Shown here: piece after piece, positions 1 to 9,563 of the stretch
Layout of the letters: every line of letters begins with the position of its first letter
Numbering within the stretch: the first letter of the stretch is position 1
From: Thermomicrobiales bacterium
GTDB taxonomy: Bacteria > Chloroflexota > Chloroflexia > Thermomicrobiales > UBA6265
Assembly (NCBI GenBank): GCA_020432165.1
Contig: JAGQGU010000003.1
Span: 4,357 to 68,356, forward strand
Direction of reading: 5' to 3'
Length of the DNA: 64,000 nt
Made by a program: the position numbers and the translations under genes
The notes under the pieces: generated by a model
The model's database searches: none
Seen by the model: only the letters and a program-made list of their open reading frames with translations
What the model was told of the DNA's origin: nothing

Positions 1-954
1 CGCGATCCCTCTGGCCAAAGCACGTCGTATCTCGATGGCAATAGTGTCGGCATCCGCGCAGTGATCACCGACATCAGCAGTGTTGGTTTCTTTGCTGCTG
101 GTCGCGTGGTGGTGGTGGAGAATCTCCTCGCGCGGCTTGGCAAGCAGGGCGCAAAGGATGGGGGAAATCCACCTGAATGGGCAAATCTCTTCGCGTCAGT
201 ACCGGATGCGAGCACGTTGGTTCTACTCGATCCGACGATTGCCGAGATGGGCGCACTCGCCAAAAAGGCCCTTCCCAAACACGCCATCGTCGAGCACAGC
301 AAACCACCGCGCGGTCCGCAACTTATCGCCTGGATTCAGGATGCTGCCAAGGCTGCCGGCGGCGACATCGACAAACAAGCCGCGCAACACCTGGCAATGC
401 AACTCTTTCCGCAAGGATGGGCATCCGAACCGCGCAATCCGATGTATGACCGTCCACCAGATATGGTCATGCTGGAGAACGAGATTCAGAAACTGGTGCT
501 GGCAGCTTATCCGGACAGAATCACAACGCAGCTCATATCAGAGATGAGCCCCAGGGAACAGGATGACAAGATCTTCCAGTTCCTTGATGCAGCAGCGGCT
601 GGCAATGTGGCTGATGCCCTGCGCGAGATGGATAAGCTGATCGCTAACGGCGAGGACCCTGCCAAGCTGCTGGCTCAACTCAGCACCAATCTGGAGCTAA
701 CCACACCGATTTCCGCCGCCGGGCGACGCGCCGGTGATGCGATCGCCAGCGATATCGGCGGCGTTGCGGCCAACAGGGTGAGTGCGCTTCAACGTGGACT
801 TCAAGGGATGAGCCCAGGCATTGCCCAGCGTCGATCTGGTGTCGCTGCAGAAGCTGATCGCAAGTTCAAGACAGGTCAACTCAAGGAACCACTGGACGCA
901 CTCTACGAGACAATTCTGCACATCGCCGAAATGCGCCACTCAGCCCGCCGATAA
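1..954 (+). CDS. holA: DNA polymerase III delta subunit (HolA), 5'-truncated by window edge
   Basis: Frame 1 is open from base 1, with no stop before the ORF-track start at 61. The C-terminal helical region resembles delta subunits (DKIFQFLDAAAAGNVADALREMDKLIANGEDPAKLLAQL). The holA/rpsT neighbourhood is the classic arrangement. Confidence 0.8.
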   Translation, partial: RDPSGQSTSYLDGNSVGIRAVITDISSVGFFAAGRVVVVENLLARLGKQGAKDGGNPPEWANLFASVPDASTLVLLDPTIAEMGALAKKALPKHAIVEHSKPPRGPQLIAWIQDAAKAAGGDIDKQAAQHLAMQLFPQGWASEPRNPMYDRPPDMVMLENEIQKLVLAAYPDRITTQLISEMSPREQDDKIFQFLDAAAAGNVADALREMDKLIANGEDPAKLLAQLSTNLELTTPISAAGRRAGDAIASDIGGVAANRVSALQRGLQGMSPGIAQRRSGVAAEADRKFKTGQLKEPLDALYETILHIAEMRHSARR

Positions 955-956
955 CT

Positions 957-994
957 GAAAAACGGGAAATCCGGCCGAGTGACTCGACCGGATT
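957..994 (-). terminator. Rho-independent terminator downstream of rpsT (hairpin also usable by holA)
   Basis: On the minus strand: AATCCGGTCGAG-TCA-CTCGGCCGGATT hairpin followed by TCCCGTTTTT. Confidence 0.6.
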
Positions 995-1021
995 CTCTTC
1001 GCGTTTGACAGCGATGTGTTC

Positions 1022-1291
1022 CTACGCAGCGAATGCAGCGTTGAACTTCGCCTGCAGACGGCTCTTGCGGCGCGCGGCGTTGTTCTTGTGGATCACGTTC
1101 TTGCTGTTGGCACGATCCAGCATCTGGACCGCACGACCAACCGCTACAGTGGCCTCAGCCTGATCGCCAGCGGCGATGGCCAACTCGGCCTTCTTCACCA
1201 GCGTGCGGGCGGCGGAACGATACGGGCGATTCTGAACACGATTGCGCTCATTAACGCGAATGCGCTTGCGCGCGGACTTGTTATTAGCCAA
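1022..1291 (-). CDS. rpsT: 30S ribosomal protein S20
   Basis: 89 aa starting MANNKSARKRIRVNERNRVQNRPYRSA..., the typical S20 N-terminus and size. Confidence 0.95.
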   Translation of the reverse strand: MANNKSARKRIRVNERNRVQNRPYRSAARTLVKKAELAIAAGDQAEATVAVGRAVQMLDRANSKNVIHKNNAARRKSRLQAKFNAAFAA

Positions 1292-1441
1292 GGTAGAAAC
1301 CTTCTGATTTCAGCACGCCATCGTGACAATTGAGAGGATGGTCACATCGGCGCAATTCAAGACACACAAATAGCACCCTCAGACACAAAGGGCTCCGGTG
1401 ATTGTAGCGTGGTTTCGCCCCACGATTCAAGCGAAATTCGC

Positions 1442-2800
1442 CTAGGAAACACTCTCCAGAGGAGAGACATAGGCGATATCGCCGCGACGCTCCTCGAAGT
1501 CAGCGCGAGCTGCTGCGCGAAGATCGGCATCGGTCATCAGATCGTAGGCCATGCGCGCCATCACCTTGGCAGCACCATCCACCGCCTTGCTCCCAATCGA
1601 CATGCCACCACATGCCGTCACCGGCCAGGTGTGCATACCGATACCCAGCGGCACGGAGGGATAATTGAACCAAACGGTGGGTGTACACCAGCTGACATCA
1701 CCAACATCGCTACTGCCGCCCATGGTGGAGGGTGGCGTGATTGGTTCAACGCTGGTTGCAAGCCCGGTATCCGGAATACCAAAGTTGCGCTGAATCTCGC
1801 GGGCAAAGTCTTGCTCGACGTCTGTCCATTGCGGCACACCAATCGCCTCAAGGTGCTTCTGGCAGTTCTCGACCAACGGCGTGTTCGCCATCATGTCGTA
1901 CATACCAAAGGTCACCTTGAAGTCGGCGCGGGTCTGCGTGCCCATCGCAGCGCCTTCGGCCAGCGATCGTGACCAGGTCGTTAGCGCATCTACACCAGCA
2001 CGATCGATATCGCGCAGGTACATGAAGAGGCGGGTGTAATCCGGCACGATATTCGGGGCACCGCCACCCGACTGAATCACGTAGTGCATACGCGCGGTGG
2101 TGGGGACATGCTCGCGCATGAGGTTGATGCCATGAGTAAAGAGTTCCAGTGCATCGAGCGCACTACGACCCTCCCATGGATTCGCACCGGCATGGGCAGT
2201 CTTGCCATGGAACTCGAGCACAATATGGTTAACCGCCGCAGAGCGGACATAGCCGGTGCTGGCCTTCGATCCTGAATGCCAGGCGATGCAAACATCGATA
2301 TCATCGAAGTAGCCATCGCGTGCCATGTAGACCTTGGCACCAGTCGTTTCCTCGGCAGCACAGCCATAGACACGCACCAGTCCGGGGAGACCTTCCATCT
2401 CCATCGTGAACTTGAGGGCAATGGCGGCACCTGTGCAGGCGGCACCCAACAGATTGTGGCCGCAGCCATGACCAGCGGATTTCCCGTTCGGTGCGGCAGC
2501 CTGATCGGCAGATGCCGAGTTACCGAGGTCGGGCAAGGCATCGTATTCCGGCAGGAAACCGATCCGCGGTCCATCGCTCCCCTGCTCCCATTCAGCGATG
2601 AACGCGTTTGGTCGACCACTTGTCTCCAGACTGGTGATCGTGAATCCGGCTGCCTCCAATTCGCGGATGTGTACCTTGGCCGATTCCGATTCCTCATTCG
2701 AAACCTCAGCCAGCATCCACACTTCCTTGTTGATGCTCTCCATCGCCTCGCCCGTGCGATCGACCGAGAGATCAATTGTTCCGTAATCCCGTACCGTCAT
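1442..2800 (-). CDS. M20 family amidohydrolase, AbgB-like (aminobenzoyl-glutamate hydrolase subunit B-like), copy 1
   Basis: 452 aa with M20 metal-site context (GHGCGHNLLG, EETTGAKV) and AbgB-like length and architecture. Confidence 0.8.
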   Translation of the reverse strand: MTVRDYGTIDLSVDRTGEAMESINKEVWMLAEVSNEESESAKVHIRELEAAGFTITSLETSGRPNAFIAEWEQGSDGPRIGFLPEYDALPDLGNSASADQAAAPNGKSAGHGCGHNLLGAACTGAAIALKFTMEMEGLPGLVRVYGCAAEETTGAKVYMARDGYFDDIDVCIAWHSGSKASTGYVRSAAVNHIVLEFHGKTAHAGANPWEGRSALDALELFTHGINLMREHVPTTARMHYVIQSGGGAPNIVPDYTRLFMYLRDIDRAGVDALTTWSRSLAEGAAMGTQTRADFKVTFGMYDMMANTPLVENCQKHLEAIGVPQWTDVEQDFAREIQRNFGIPDTGLATSVEPITPPSTMGGSSDVGDVSWCTPTVWFNYPSVPLGIGMHTWPVTACGGMSIGSKAVDGAAKVMARMAYDLMTDADLRAAARADFEERRGDIAYVSPLESVS

Positions 2801-2834
2801 ATCCGTATCCTTCCTTCATTCGTTTTCTGCGATG

Positions 2835-4193
2835 TTACGACACGTTATCCAGCGGCGAGATGTACTTAACATCACCGCGACGTTCGATGAAATCCGCGCG
2901 AGCGGCAGCGCGCAACTCAGCATCCGTCATGAGGTCATAGCCCATACGCGCCATGATTTTGGCGGCGCCGTCAACAGCCTTGCTGCCAATGGACATACCG
3001 CCGCAGGCGGTGACCGGCCAGGTATGCATACTGACCCCTTGTGGCACCGATGGGTACCAGAACCATATCAAGGGAACGCACCAGCTGACATCACCGAGGT
3101 CGCTGCTACCACCCTGCACCGACGGCGGCGAGATCGGCCTGACGTCGGTGGCCATTCCCTCCTCGGGAACACCGAAGTTGCGTTGGCAGTCACGTGCGAA
3201 CGCCTGCTCTGCCTCCGTCCATTGGGGAGCACCAACCTCCATCATGTGTTTGTAGCAATTCTCGACCAGCGGAGTATTGTTGATCGTCTCGCTCATCCCG
3301 TAGGGCACGTGAAACTCGGCTCGAGTCTGCGTGCCCATCGCAGCACCCTCAGCCAACGCCCGCGCCCAGGTGGTCAACGCTTCGACACCTGCACGATCCT
3401 TGTCCCGGAGGTACATATACAGACGCGTATAGTCCGGCACAATATTCGGAGCGCTACCTCCAGCCTGAATCACATAGTGCATGCGGACGGAGGTCGGCAC
3501 ATGTTCGCGCATGAGGTTGATGCCATGCATGAAGAGTTCCAGTGCATCGAGCGCGCTACGGCCCTCCCATGGACTCCCGCCGGCATGGGCGGTTTTGCCA
3601 TGGAACTCGACCACCACATCACTCATGGCTGATGTGGAGACGTATCCAGTGCCCGCATACGTTTGTGGATGCCAGGCGATACAGACATCGATATCATCAA
3701 AGTAGCCATCGCGCACCATGTAGACCTTGGCACCCGAGGTCTCTTCAGCGGCGCATCCATACACTCGCACCAGGCCAGGAATGCCCTCCATCTCCATGGT
3801 GAACTTCAGAGCAATAGCGGCACCTGTGCAGGCGGCACCCAACAGATTGTGGCCACAGCCATGGCCGCTGGTTTTGCCATTAGGAGCAGCGACCTGCTCT
3901 CCCGATGCAGCGTTACCGAGATCCGGCAGGGCATCGTACTCCGGCAGGAAGCCGATGCGGGCTCCGCCTTCCCCTTGCTCCCATTCCGCGATGAAGGCTG
4001 TCGGGCGACCGCTGGTACCAACACTGGTGATCGTGAATCCGGCCGCTTCCAGTTCCCGCATATGGACTTTGGCCGATTCCGATTCCTCGTTGGAGATCTC
4101 GGCAAGCATCCAGACTTCCTTGTTGATGCTTTCCATCGCCTCGCCAGTACGATCGACGGACAGGTCTATGGTTGCGTAGTCCCGCGTTGTCAT
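2835..4193 (-). CDS. M20 family amidohydrolase, AbgB-like, copy 2 (tandem paralogue)
   Basis: 452 aa, collinear with the 1442-2800 product and identical at most positions by eye (DLSVDRTGEAMESINKEVWMLAE.SNEESESAKVH). Confidence 0.8.
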   Translation of the reverse strand: MTTRDYATIDLSVDRTGEAMESINKEVWMLAEISNEESESAKVHMRELEAAGFTITSVGTSGRPTAFIAEWEQGEGGARIGFLPEYDALPDLGNAASGEQVAAPNGKTSGHGCGHNLLGAACTGAAIALKFTMEMEGIPGLVRVYGCAAEETSGAKVYMVRDGYFDDIDVCIAWHPQTYAGTGYVSTSAMSDVVVEFHGKTAHAGGSPWEGRSALDALELFMHGINLMREHVPTSVRMHYVIQAGGSAPNIVPDYTRLYMYLRDKDRAGVEALTTWARALAEGAAMGTQTRAEFHVPYGMSETINNTPLVENCYKHMMEVGAPQWTEAEQAFARDCQRNFGVPEEGMATDVRPISPPSVQGGSSDLGDVSWCVPLIWFWYPSVPQGVSMHTWPVTACGGMSIGSKAVDGAAKIMARMGYDLMTDAELRAAARADFIERRGDVKYISPLDNVS

Positions 4194-4326
4194 TCCTCAC
4201 TCCACCTCCGGATCAAATGTCTATCACTCTGGATACGTTACCCCACCTCGCAGAACTTGGGTATCCACATCTCCTCACTCGCGGTACCATGCTTCAAAGA
4301 ACCGGTTCGACATTCCAGCATGAGAA

Positions 4327-5799
4327 ATGGGAGCTACCATGACCGATACAGCCACAATTCAGACAGAACAACTGATCATCGCGGGGCAACGCGTCAATGC
4401 GATCGATGGCGAGACATTCGATGTCATCAATCCTGCTACCGACCAGGTGATTGCCCGAGTCGCCAAGGCAGGCCTCCCCGATGTCGAGGCGGCCGTCGCT
4501 GCGGCCCGCAAAGCATTCGATGAAGGTCCGTGGCCGCGCATGGCACCGTATGAGCGCGGACGCATCATCCAGAAGATCGCAGATCGCATCCGGGAGCGCG
4601 CCGATGAGCTCGCCGCCGTGGAGAGTGCTAACACGGGCAAGCCTATGGCACGAGCCAAAGGCGAGATCCTCAGCGGTGCGGTCGTCTTCGATTACTACGC
4701 CGGGGCTGGTGACAAGTTCTTCGGCGAATCAATTCCCCTGGGCGACAAGGTGCTGGATGTCACGTTGCGCGAGCCGGTGGGTGTGGCAGCGCAAATCGTC
4801 CCCTGGAACTTCCCCTTCAGCATGGCGACCTGGAAAGTCGGTCCCGCATTGGCTGCTGGCTGCTGCGTCATCCTCAAACCTGCCAGCCTGACACCGCTAA
4901 CGGCGTTGCTGCTTGGGGAGATCTGCTACGAAGCCGGCGTACCCGAGGGCGTGGTCAATGTGCTACCGGGTCCTGGTGGACTCATTGGAGAGGCCCTCTC
5001 CGCACATCCGCTGGTCGACAAGGTGGCATTCACCGGTGAGACGACAACTGGAGCCGCCATCTTGAGAGCCGCCTCTGACACGATCAAGAAGGTCTCGCTG
5101 GAGTTGGGTGGCAAGAGCCCGAATATCGTCTTTGCGGATGCGGATTTGGCGAAGGCAGCCGCATCGGCGGTACCGGCTGGATTCGGCAACAGTGGTCAGA
5201 CCTGCACGGCACGCACACGCGTTTTCGTGAGCAATAGCGATCACGATAACTTCCTGCAGCAGCTGGTCGATCACACCGCGCGATATAGCGTTGGTGACCC
5301 CACCGCAGCTGGTGTGCAGATGGGTCCGCTTATCTCACAGGCGCAGAAAGATCGGGTCAATAACTACGTGCAGATCGGGAAGGATGAGGGAGCGGAGCTC
5401 GCTTACGGCGGGATGACACCCGCAGATCAGCCGGTGGGAGCATTCCTGCAGCCGACGATTTTCGGTGCGGTCAGCAACGATATGCGCATTGCCCGCGAGG
5501 AGATCTTTGGCCCGGTTATCTCTGTGATCCCGTTCAAGGATGAAGCGGATGTTATCCGGGAGGCCAACGCCAACGATTACGGTCTGGCTGGCTCGGTATG
5601 GACACGCGATATCGGACGTGCGCTCCGCGTGGCCAAGGGCTTGCGGACAGGCATGGTCGCGATCAACTCAAACGGTGGCGCAGGTGTGTTTGGACCGTTT
5701 GGCGGCTACAAGCACAGCGGCCTTGGACGAGAGCTGGGCATGCATGGCCTGGAACTCTACACCGAGGTCAAGAACATTTACATCGATCTGGAGGATTAG
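4327..5799 (+). CDS. NAD(P)-dependent aldehyde dehydrogenase
   Basis: 490 aa with ALDH motifs ([24 protein letters not shown]). The alternative ATG at 4339 has a better GGGAG Shine-Dalgarno. Confidence 0.9.
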   Translation: MGATMTDTATIQTEQLIIAGQRVNAIDGETFDVINPATDQVIARVAKAGLPDVEAAVAAARKAFDEGPWPRMAPYERGRIIQKIADRIRERADELAAVESANTGKPMARAKGEILSGAVVFDYYAGAGDKFFGESIPLGDKVLDVTLREPVGVAAQIVPWNFPFSMATWKVGPALAAGCCVILKPASLTPLTALLLGEICYEAGVPEGVVNVLPGPGGLIGEALSAHPLVDKVAFTGETTTGAAILRAASDTIKKVSLELGGKSPNIVFADADLAKAAASAVPAGFGNSGQTCTARTRVFVSNSDHDNFLQQLVDHTARYSVGDPTAAGVQMGPLISQAQKDRVNNYVQIGKDEGAELAYGGMTPADQPVGAFLQPTIFGAVSNDMRIAREEIFGPVISVIPFKDEADVIREANANDYGLAGSVWTRDIGRALRVAKGLRTGMVAINSNGGAGVFGPFGGYKHSGLGRELGMHGLELYTEVKNIYIDLED

Positions 5800-5825
5800 T
5801 CGGACACCAGTAAGGCTCACACCAC

Positions 5826-5851
5826 GTAGGGGCGCATCTCGAAGCGAATGC
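5826..5851 (+). repeat. REP-like element (GTAG head plus hairpin)
   Basis: GTAGGGGC followed by GCATcTCG-AAG-CGAATGC hairpin, in the intergenic gap between convergent genes. Confidence 0.45.
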
Positions 5852-5879
5852 TGAGAGTATGTGCCCGAAATGAGCGCGC

Positions 5880-7085
5880 CTAAACCACAAATCCGGGCTC
5901 CTGGCGCTTCACCAGTCGCACCAGGGCCAGTAAACACACCGAAGCGGCGAGACTCAGGACGATACTGAGTACCAGTGCGGTGTTGGCGCCTTGCCGCTCC
6001 AGAATTCTCGCGAAGATCGGCGGCGCGGCTGCGAAGGAGAGATTCAACGGTAGCGCCAGTCTTGCCGATGCGCGCGCGTATGCTTGTGGTGGGAACATCG
6101 TCAATGGCAAAGTCGCGCGCACGATCGACATGAGACCGCCTGCCAATCCATAGAGCAGGACGAAAGTTGCCGCCACCACAACCGAACCCCCCAGATAGAG
6201 CAGGATGAACGAGAAGAGCATGGTGGAAGTCGAAGCGATTGCGGATCGCAACGGCGACCAATTGCCCAGCACATCAATCGACCGAGCGGCTATCGAGATC
6301 AGTCCGATCAGCGATGCCAGTGTCACCGCCTGACTATTTTCCAGCCCCTTTTGTGTCAAAAGCGGAATAAGCGTGAGTGAGAATCCCCAGGTGATGAAAC
6401 CATTGAGGGCGGTCACACCTGCAACCAGCATGAAGCGGATCGGATCCAGACGCTGTTGATCCGTTGATTTGGCATCATCAGTAATCTCCCGAGTACGCGG
6501 CGATTTTGCTGCGGCCACAGCTACCAGCGGCATATAGATCAGCAACATCGATACCGCTAAAAGCGCAGTAACGGTGCGCCAACCGGCAGCGCCATCGATA
6601 CGCGAGACAATTGGCCAGAGGATTGTGTTGGAGAGACCGCTTACAAGCGAAAGCGCACTGATCGCCTGACGGGCACGGTCATCGAAGACCTCCGCTAACG
6701 CGATCTGGGCAGCAGTCGAAAGAGATGCGGCTCCACCGATGCCGAAGAGCAGCCACACCGCAAGGAAGAGATAGACAGATTGAGCGAAAGTGATCGCCAG
6801 CAGTCCGACTGTCATCACGATCGCGCCGCCGAGCATCATCTTACGCGCACCAATGCGCTCGAAGAGTGGCGCTGTCCACCAGGAGACGATGGCGAGCATG
6901 GTCAGCATCACCGTCGGTCCGAGCAGAATCACATCCAGCGAGGCGTCGAATGTATTGGCGATGGAGGTGCCGATCACCCCCGTCAGATTGAACGTTGCAC
7001 CCCAGCCGATGATCTGACAGATGCCGATGGCAAGCACAGTAGGTGCCATTCTGCGGGCGGGTTGGGTTGTCGCCGTCATTGCCAC
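5880..7085 (-). CDS. MFS transporter
   Basis: 401 aa, about 12 hydrophobic segments, MFS-like loop composition. Confidence 0.8.
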   Translation of the reverse strand: MAMTATTQPARRMAPTVLAIGICQIIGWGATFNLTGVIGTSIANTFDASLDVILLGPTVMLTMLAIVSWWTAPLFERIGARKMMLGGAIVMTVGLLAITFAQSVYLFLAVWLLFGIGGAASLSTAAQIALAEVFDDRARQAISALSLVSGLSNTILWPIVSRIDGAAGWRTVTALLAVSMLLIYMPLVAVAAAKSPRTREITDDAKSTDQQRLDPIRFMLVAGVTALNGFITWGFSLTLIPLLTQKGLENSQAVTLASLIGLISIAARSIDVLGNWSPLRSAIASTSTMLFSFILLYLGGSVVVAATFVLLYGLAGGLMSIVRATLPLTMFPPQAYARASARLALPLNLSFAAAPPIFARILERQGANTALVLSIVLSLAASVCLLALVRLVKRQEPGFVV

Positions 7086-7188
7086 CTCAATCGATCCAAC
7101 GTATCAATTACCAGAACGCATGATCTAGCGCTGCTGGTAGCTTACACCGAAGGATGAATACCGGGTAGGGGTATATGGAGATTGAGAG

Positions 7189-7677
7189 CTATGAAAGCCC
7201 GATGGCCCGGCCGACAGCCCTCACAACATCCAGCCAGAACTGACCGCCGAGTAGAACGATCCCGGCAAAACTGGCGGCAATGACCACAGCATCAATGCTC
7301 TGTCGCCCCTGTTTGGCCCAGTAGACATCCTTCAGGTGCAACCAGAGCGCGAACTCGTCTAGCGTGAGGGCGGCTCCAATCCCGTACATAATCGCGATGA
7401 AATCCCGGCGATGATTCGGAGCAAGACCGATACCCAGATAGCCACTCAGCAGAAGCAGGAGAATACCTGGAACGAGATGATGGAGGTGGGTACCGCCCGG
7501 ACCCTTCACGTTGTGGAAGATGTGCGTGAAACGTCCAGCGCGAATGGAGTGGGTTATGAATCTCACCAGGAGGAATGTCAACAGAAAAGAGACCAGAATT
7601 AACGCCTGCGGCTGTTTGTGTGCATCCAGGATATTGCGCTGATAGGACTCAGCGATATCGTTGAGGAGTCGATGCAC
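7189..7677 (-). CDS. Hypothetical integral membrane protein
   Basis: Hydrophobic segments are present. The track ORF extends to 7758, but that N-terminus overlaps the tRNA-His fragment. The in-frame GTG at 7677 preceded by GGAAG is the more plausible start. Confidence 0.55.
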   Translation of the reverse strand: MHRLLNDIAESYQRNILDAHKQPQALILVSFLLTFLLVRFITHSIRAGRFTHIFHNVKGPGGTHLHHLVPGILLLLLSGYLGIGLAPNHRRDFIAIMYGIGAALTLDEFALWLHLKDVYWAKQGRQSIDAVVIAASFAGIVLLGGQFWLDVVRAVGRAIGLS

Positions 7678-7688
7678 GGCGCTACTTC

Positions 7689-7761
7689 CAATATCCTTGA
7701 TTCTATGGGTTTTTCGGGGGTACCTACCGGGTTTCGAACCCGGAACCTCTTGTTCCACAGA
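7689..7761 (-). repeat. attL: 73-bp direct repeat containing the displaced 3' part of tRNA-His (anticodon loop to acceptor end)
   Basis: Matches 14451-14525 apart from one 2-nt indel and one substitution. The 45-bp core 7717-7761 is identical to 14481-14525. The fragment ends ...GGTACCCCC, so it encodes no CCA. Confidence 0.9.
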
Positions 7762-7861
7762 AAAGAGCTTAGGTGTTTCCCCGTGCTACCCCGTATCGAG
7801 ACGCGTTGATGAAAACCCCATATCCATAGGACTTCTTGAGATTCCGTGCTCCGAAATGCCG

Positions 7862-7908
7862 TATAATTCTGTGTAGTGGCGTGTCGTCCACACGCCACAC
7901 ACACGCCA
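7862..7908 (+). promoter_or_regulatory. Candidate int promoter -10 plus ACACGCCAC operator/arm-type sites
   Basis: TATAAT at 7862-7867. Perfect inverted repeat GTGGCGTGT-N5-ACACGCCAC at 7876-7898, plus an 8/9 direct copy at 7901-7908, directly upstream of the int ATG at 7920. Confidence 0.5.
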
Positions 7909-7919
7909 AGGGAGCTAGC

Positions 7920-9278
7920 ATGGCAGTCCAACCACGATACGCGTTTACGACGAACATTGAGACCGGCAAACGTGAGCCGGTATACGAAGTCGATAAATCT
8001 GGAGCAATCAAACTGGACAAGGACGGGAATCCGATACGAAAAGTCCTGAACTGGAAAGTAGAAGTGTACGATACCGACCCAGTGACCGGGAAGCAGAAGC
8101 GAAAGGTCATTGGAACCTTTCCAGCTAAGGGCGGGAAGGATGAAGCAAAGGCTGCTGACGTTGCTGCCAAGGCGGCAATTCGAAAAGGGTCCTTCCAGTG
8201 GGACGATCCGGAACCAGAGCCAGAGCCAGCACCGATTCCGACGGTGCAGCAAGCGTGCGAGCAATGGATAGCGGCAAAACGGGTTGAGACCAATAAATGG
8301 GGGCGTCCCCTCTCTGACAATCACATAGCAGGGTACGAATCCAGCCTGAAGATTCATGTTGGTCCAGCATTCGGAGACAAACTCGTCACCGAGGTGACCA
8401 CAAAAGGGATACAAGCCGTTGTTCAGGACTGGCTCACTGCGGTGGAAGGCGAGAGGAAGGCAAAGCACGCCCAAACGGTACGAAGGGCGATGATTGTGCT
8501 CCGTGGTGCGCTCGAAATGCAATTGATTGATGACGATGGCATCGGGTTCCTCAGTCGCAATCCTGCCGCAGATAGAAAGCTGATACTACCGAAAGTCGCC
8601 AAACAGAAGCAAGTTGTGAAGCCACTAGACGAAAAGCAAATGGATAAGTTCCTAGAGGAAGCTGAGTCCCATCCGTGGTTTGCCGCGTGGTTGCTGGCGG
8701 AAGTTGACGGTCTACGCCGTGCTGAGATTCTTGGAGGGCAATGGACTGACACACGTGGGGTAGATGATCCTGATGCACCGATCATATGGAGTGTCGGGCA
8801 AACATGCGTCGCGGATCAGCGCAATGGAGGCCGTCCGAAAATCCAGCCAAACCCCAAAACCGAAGGGTCTCGAAGGGAAATCCGTCTGAGCGCCATGTCA
8901 TCGCAGGCGTTGCGACGCCACCACGACAAGCAAGCGTTTCAACGCAAGTCCGCTGGTGCCGAATGGATAGACAATGGCCTGATATTCTGTAATGAGGTTG
9001 GTGAACCAATACGTCCGGATTCGTTTAGCGTTCAGACCAAGAAGATGCTGGATAGCCTGGGATTCGGCAATTTGGGGCCACACAAGCTAAGGCACCACGC
9101 AGCAGGGCGAATGCTACGGAATGGCGTGCCTATCGCGCTTGCAGCGGAGAAGCTGGGTCACTCTGACGTGTCTCTGACCTACGCAACCTATGGAAATCTG
9201 GACGAAAGCTCACAGGAACCAGTGAACTCAGCTATTGATCGCGTGCTCGATAAAGTTGGGACCAGGCATTCAGGTTAG
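7920..9278 (+). CDS. int: Tyrosine-type site-specific integrase
   Basis: C-terminal catalytic region HKLRHHAAGRML...LGHSDVSLTYATYGNL (H-x-x-R ... Y). N-terminal arm-type and SAM-like regions. ATG 7920 follows AAGGGAG; the track ORF start at 7836 is probably too long. Confidence 0.9.
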   Translation: MAVQPRYAFTTNIETGKREPVYEVDKSGAIKLDKDGNPIRKVLNWKVEVYDTDPVTGKQKRKVIGTFPAKGGKDEAKAADVAAKAAIRKGSFQWDDPEPEPEPAPIPTVQQACEQWIAAKRVETNKWGRPLSDNHIAGYESSLKIHVGPAFGDKLVTEVTTKGIQAVVQDWLTAVEGERKAKHAQTVRRAMIVLRGALEMQLIDDDGIGFLSRNPAADRKLILPKVAKQKQVVKPLDEKQMDKFLEEAESHPWFAAWLLAEVDGLRRAEILGGQWTDTRGVDDPDAPIIWSVGQTCVADQRNGGRPKIQPNPKTEGSRREIRLSAMSSQALRRHHDKQAFQRKSAGAEWIDNGLIFCNEVGEPIRPDSFSVQTKKMLDSLGFGNLGPHKLRHHAAGRMLRNGVPIALAAEKLGHSDVSLTYATYGNLDESSQEPVNSAIDRVLDKVGTRHSG

Positions 9279-9381
9279 CAGCGAACAGCGCATTAGTGAC
9301 CGCTCTTCAGTTTGCAGGAATCCAGCCTGACTGACCAACTGGATCACTTTACCTATAGTATACTTTGCGTATTATCGCCCT

Positions 9382-9408
9382 TTGTCATGCTGACTACTAT
9401 GGTATAAT
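9382..9408 (+). promoter_or_regulatory. Candidate sigma70-type promoter with extended -10
   Basis: TTGTCA (9382-9387), 15-nt spacer, TGgTATAAT (-10 at 9403-9408), in an AT-rich intergenic region. Confidence 0.4.
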
Positions 9409-9500
9409 CCTTGGTAAGGTGAGTTTGTACTTAGTTAGGCTATCACAATGCGAGTACATAAGTACCGGCTTGGACCGGACATAATTCAACACCTAGAGCC

Positions 9501-9531
9501 AGACCCGTTGCGCAAGCAGCGGGTCTTTCTT
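9501..9531 (+). terminator. Intrinsic terminator or attenuator hairpin upstream of xis
   Basis: AGACCCGTTGC-GCAA-GCAGCGGGTCT (11-bp stem, GNRA loop) followed by TTCTT, 33 nt before the xis ATG. Confidence 0.6.
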
Positions 9532-9563
9532 ATGCACGCTCATTCGTGTATTGGAGACGAACG

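Noticed and set aside
7678-7758. N-terminal 27 codons of the 189-aa membrane-protein ORF.
   Set aside because: This part is the reverse complement of the displaced tRNA-His fragment and att repeat. An in-frame GTG with a Shine-Dalgarno-like GGAAG lies just outside it.
7599-8522. 307-aa minus-strand ORF, plus 183-aa and other ORFs across the int region.
   Set aside because: They are antisense to the integrase and run through the tRNA fragment. The composition is not protein-like.
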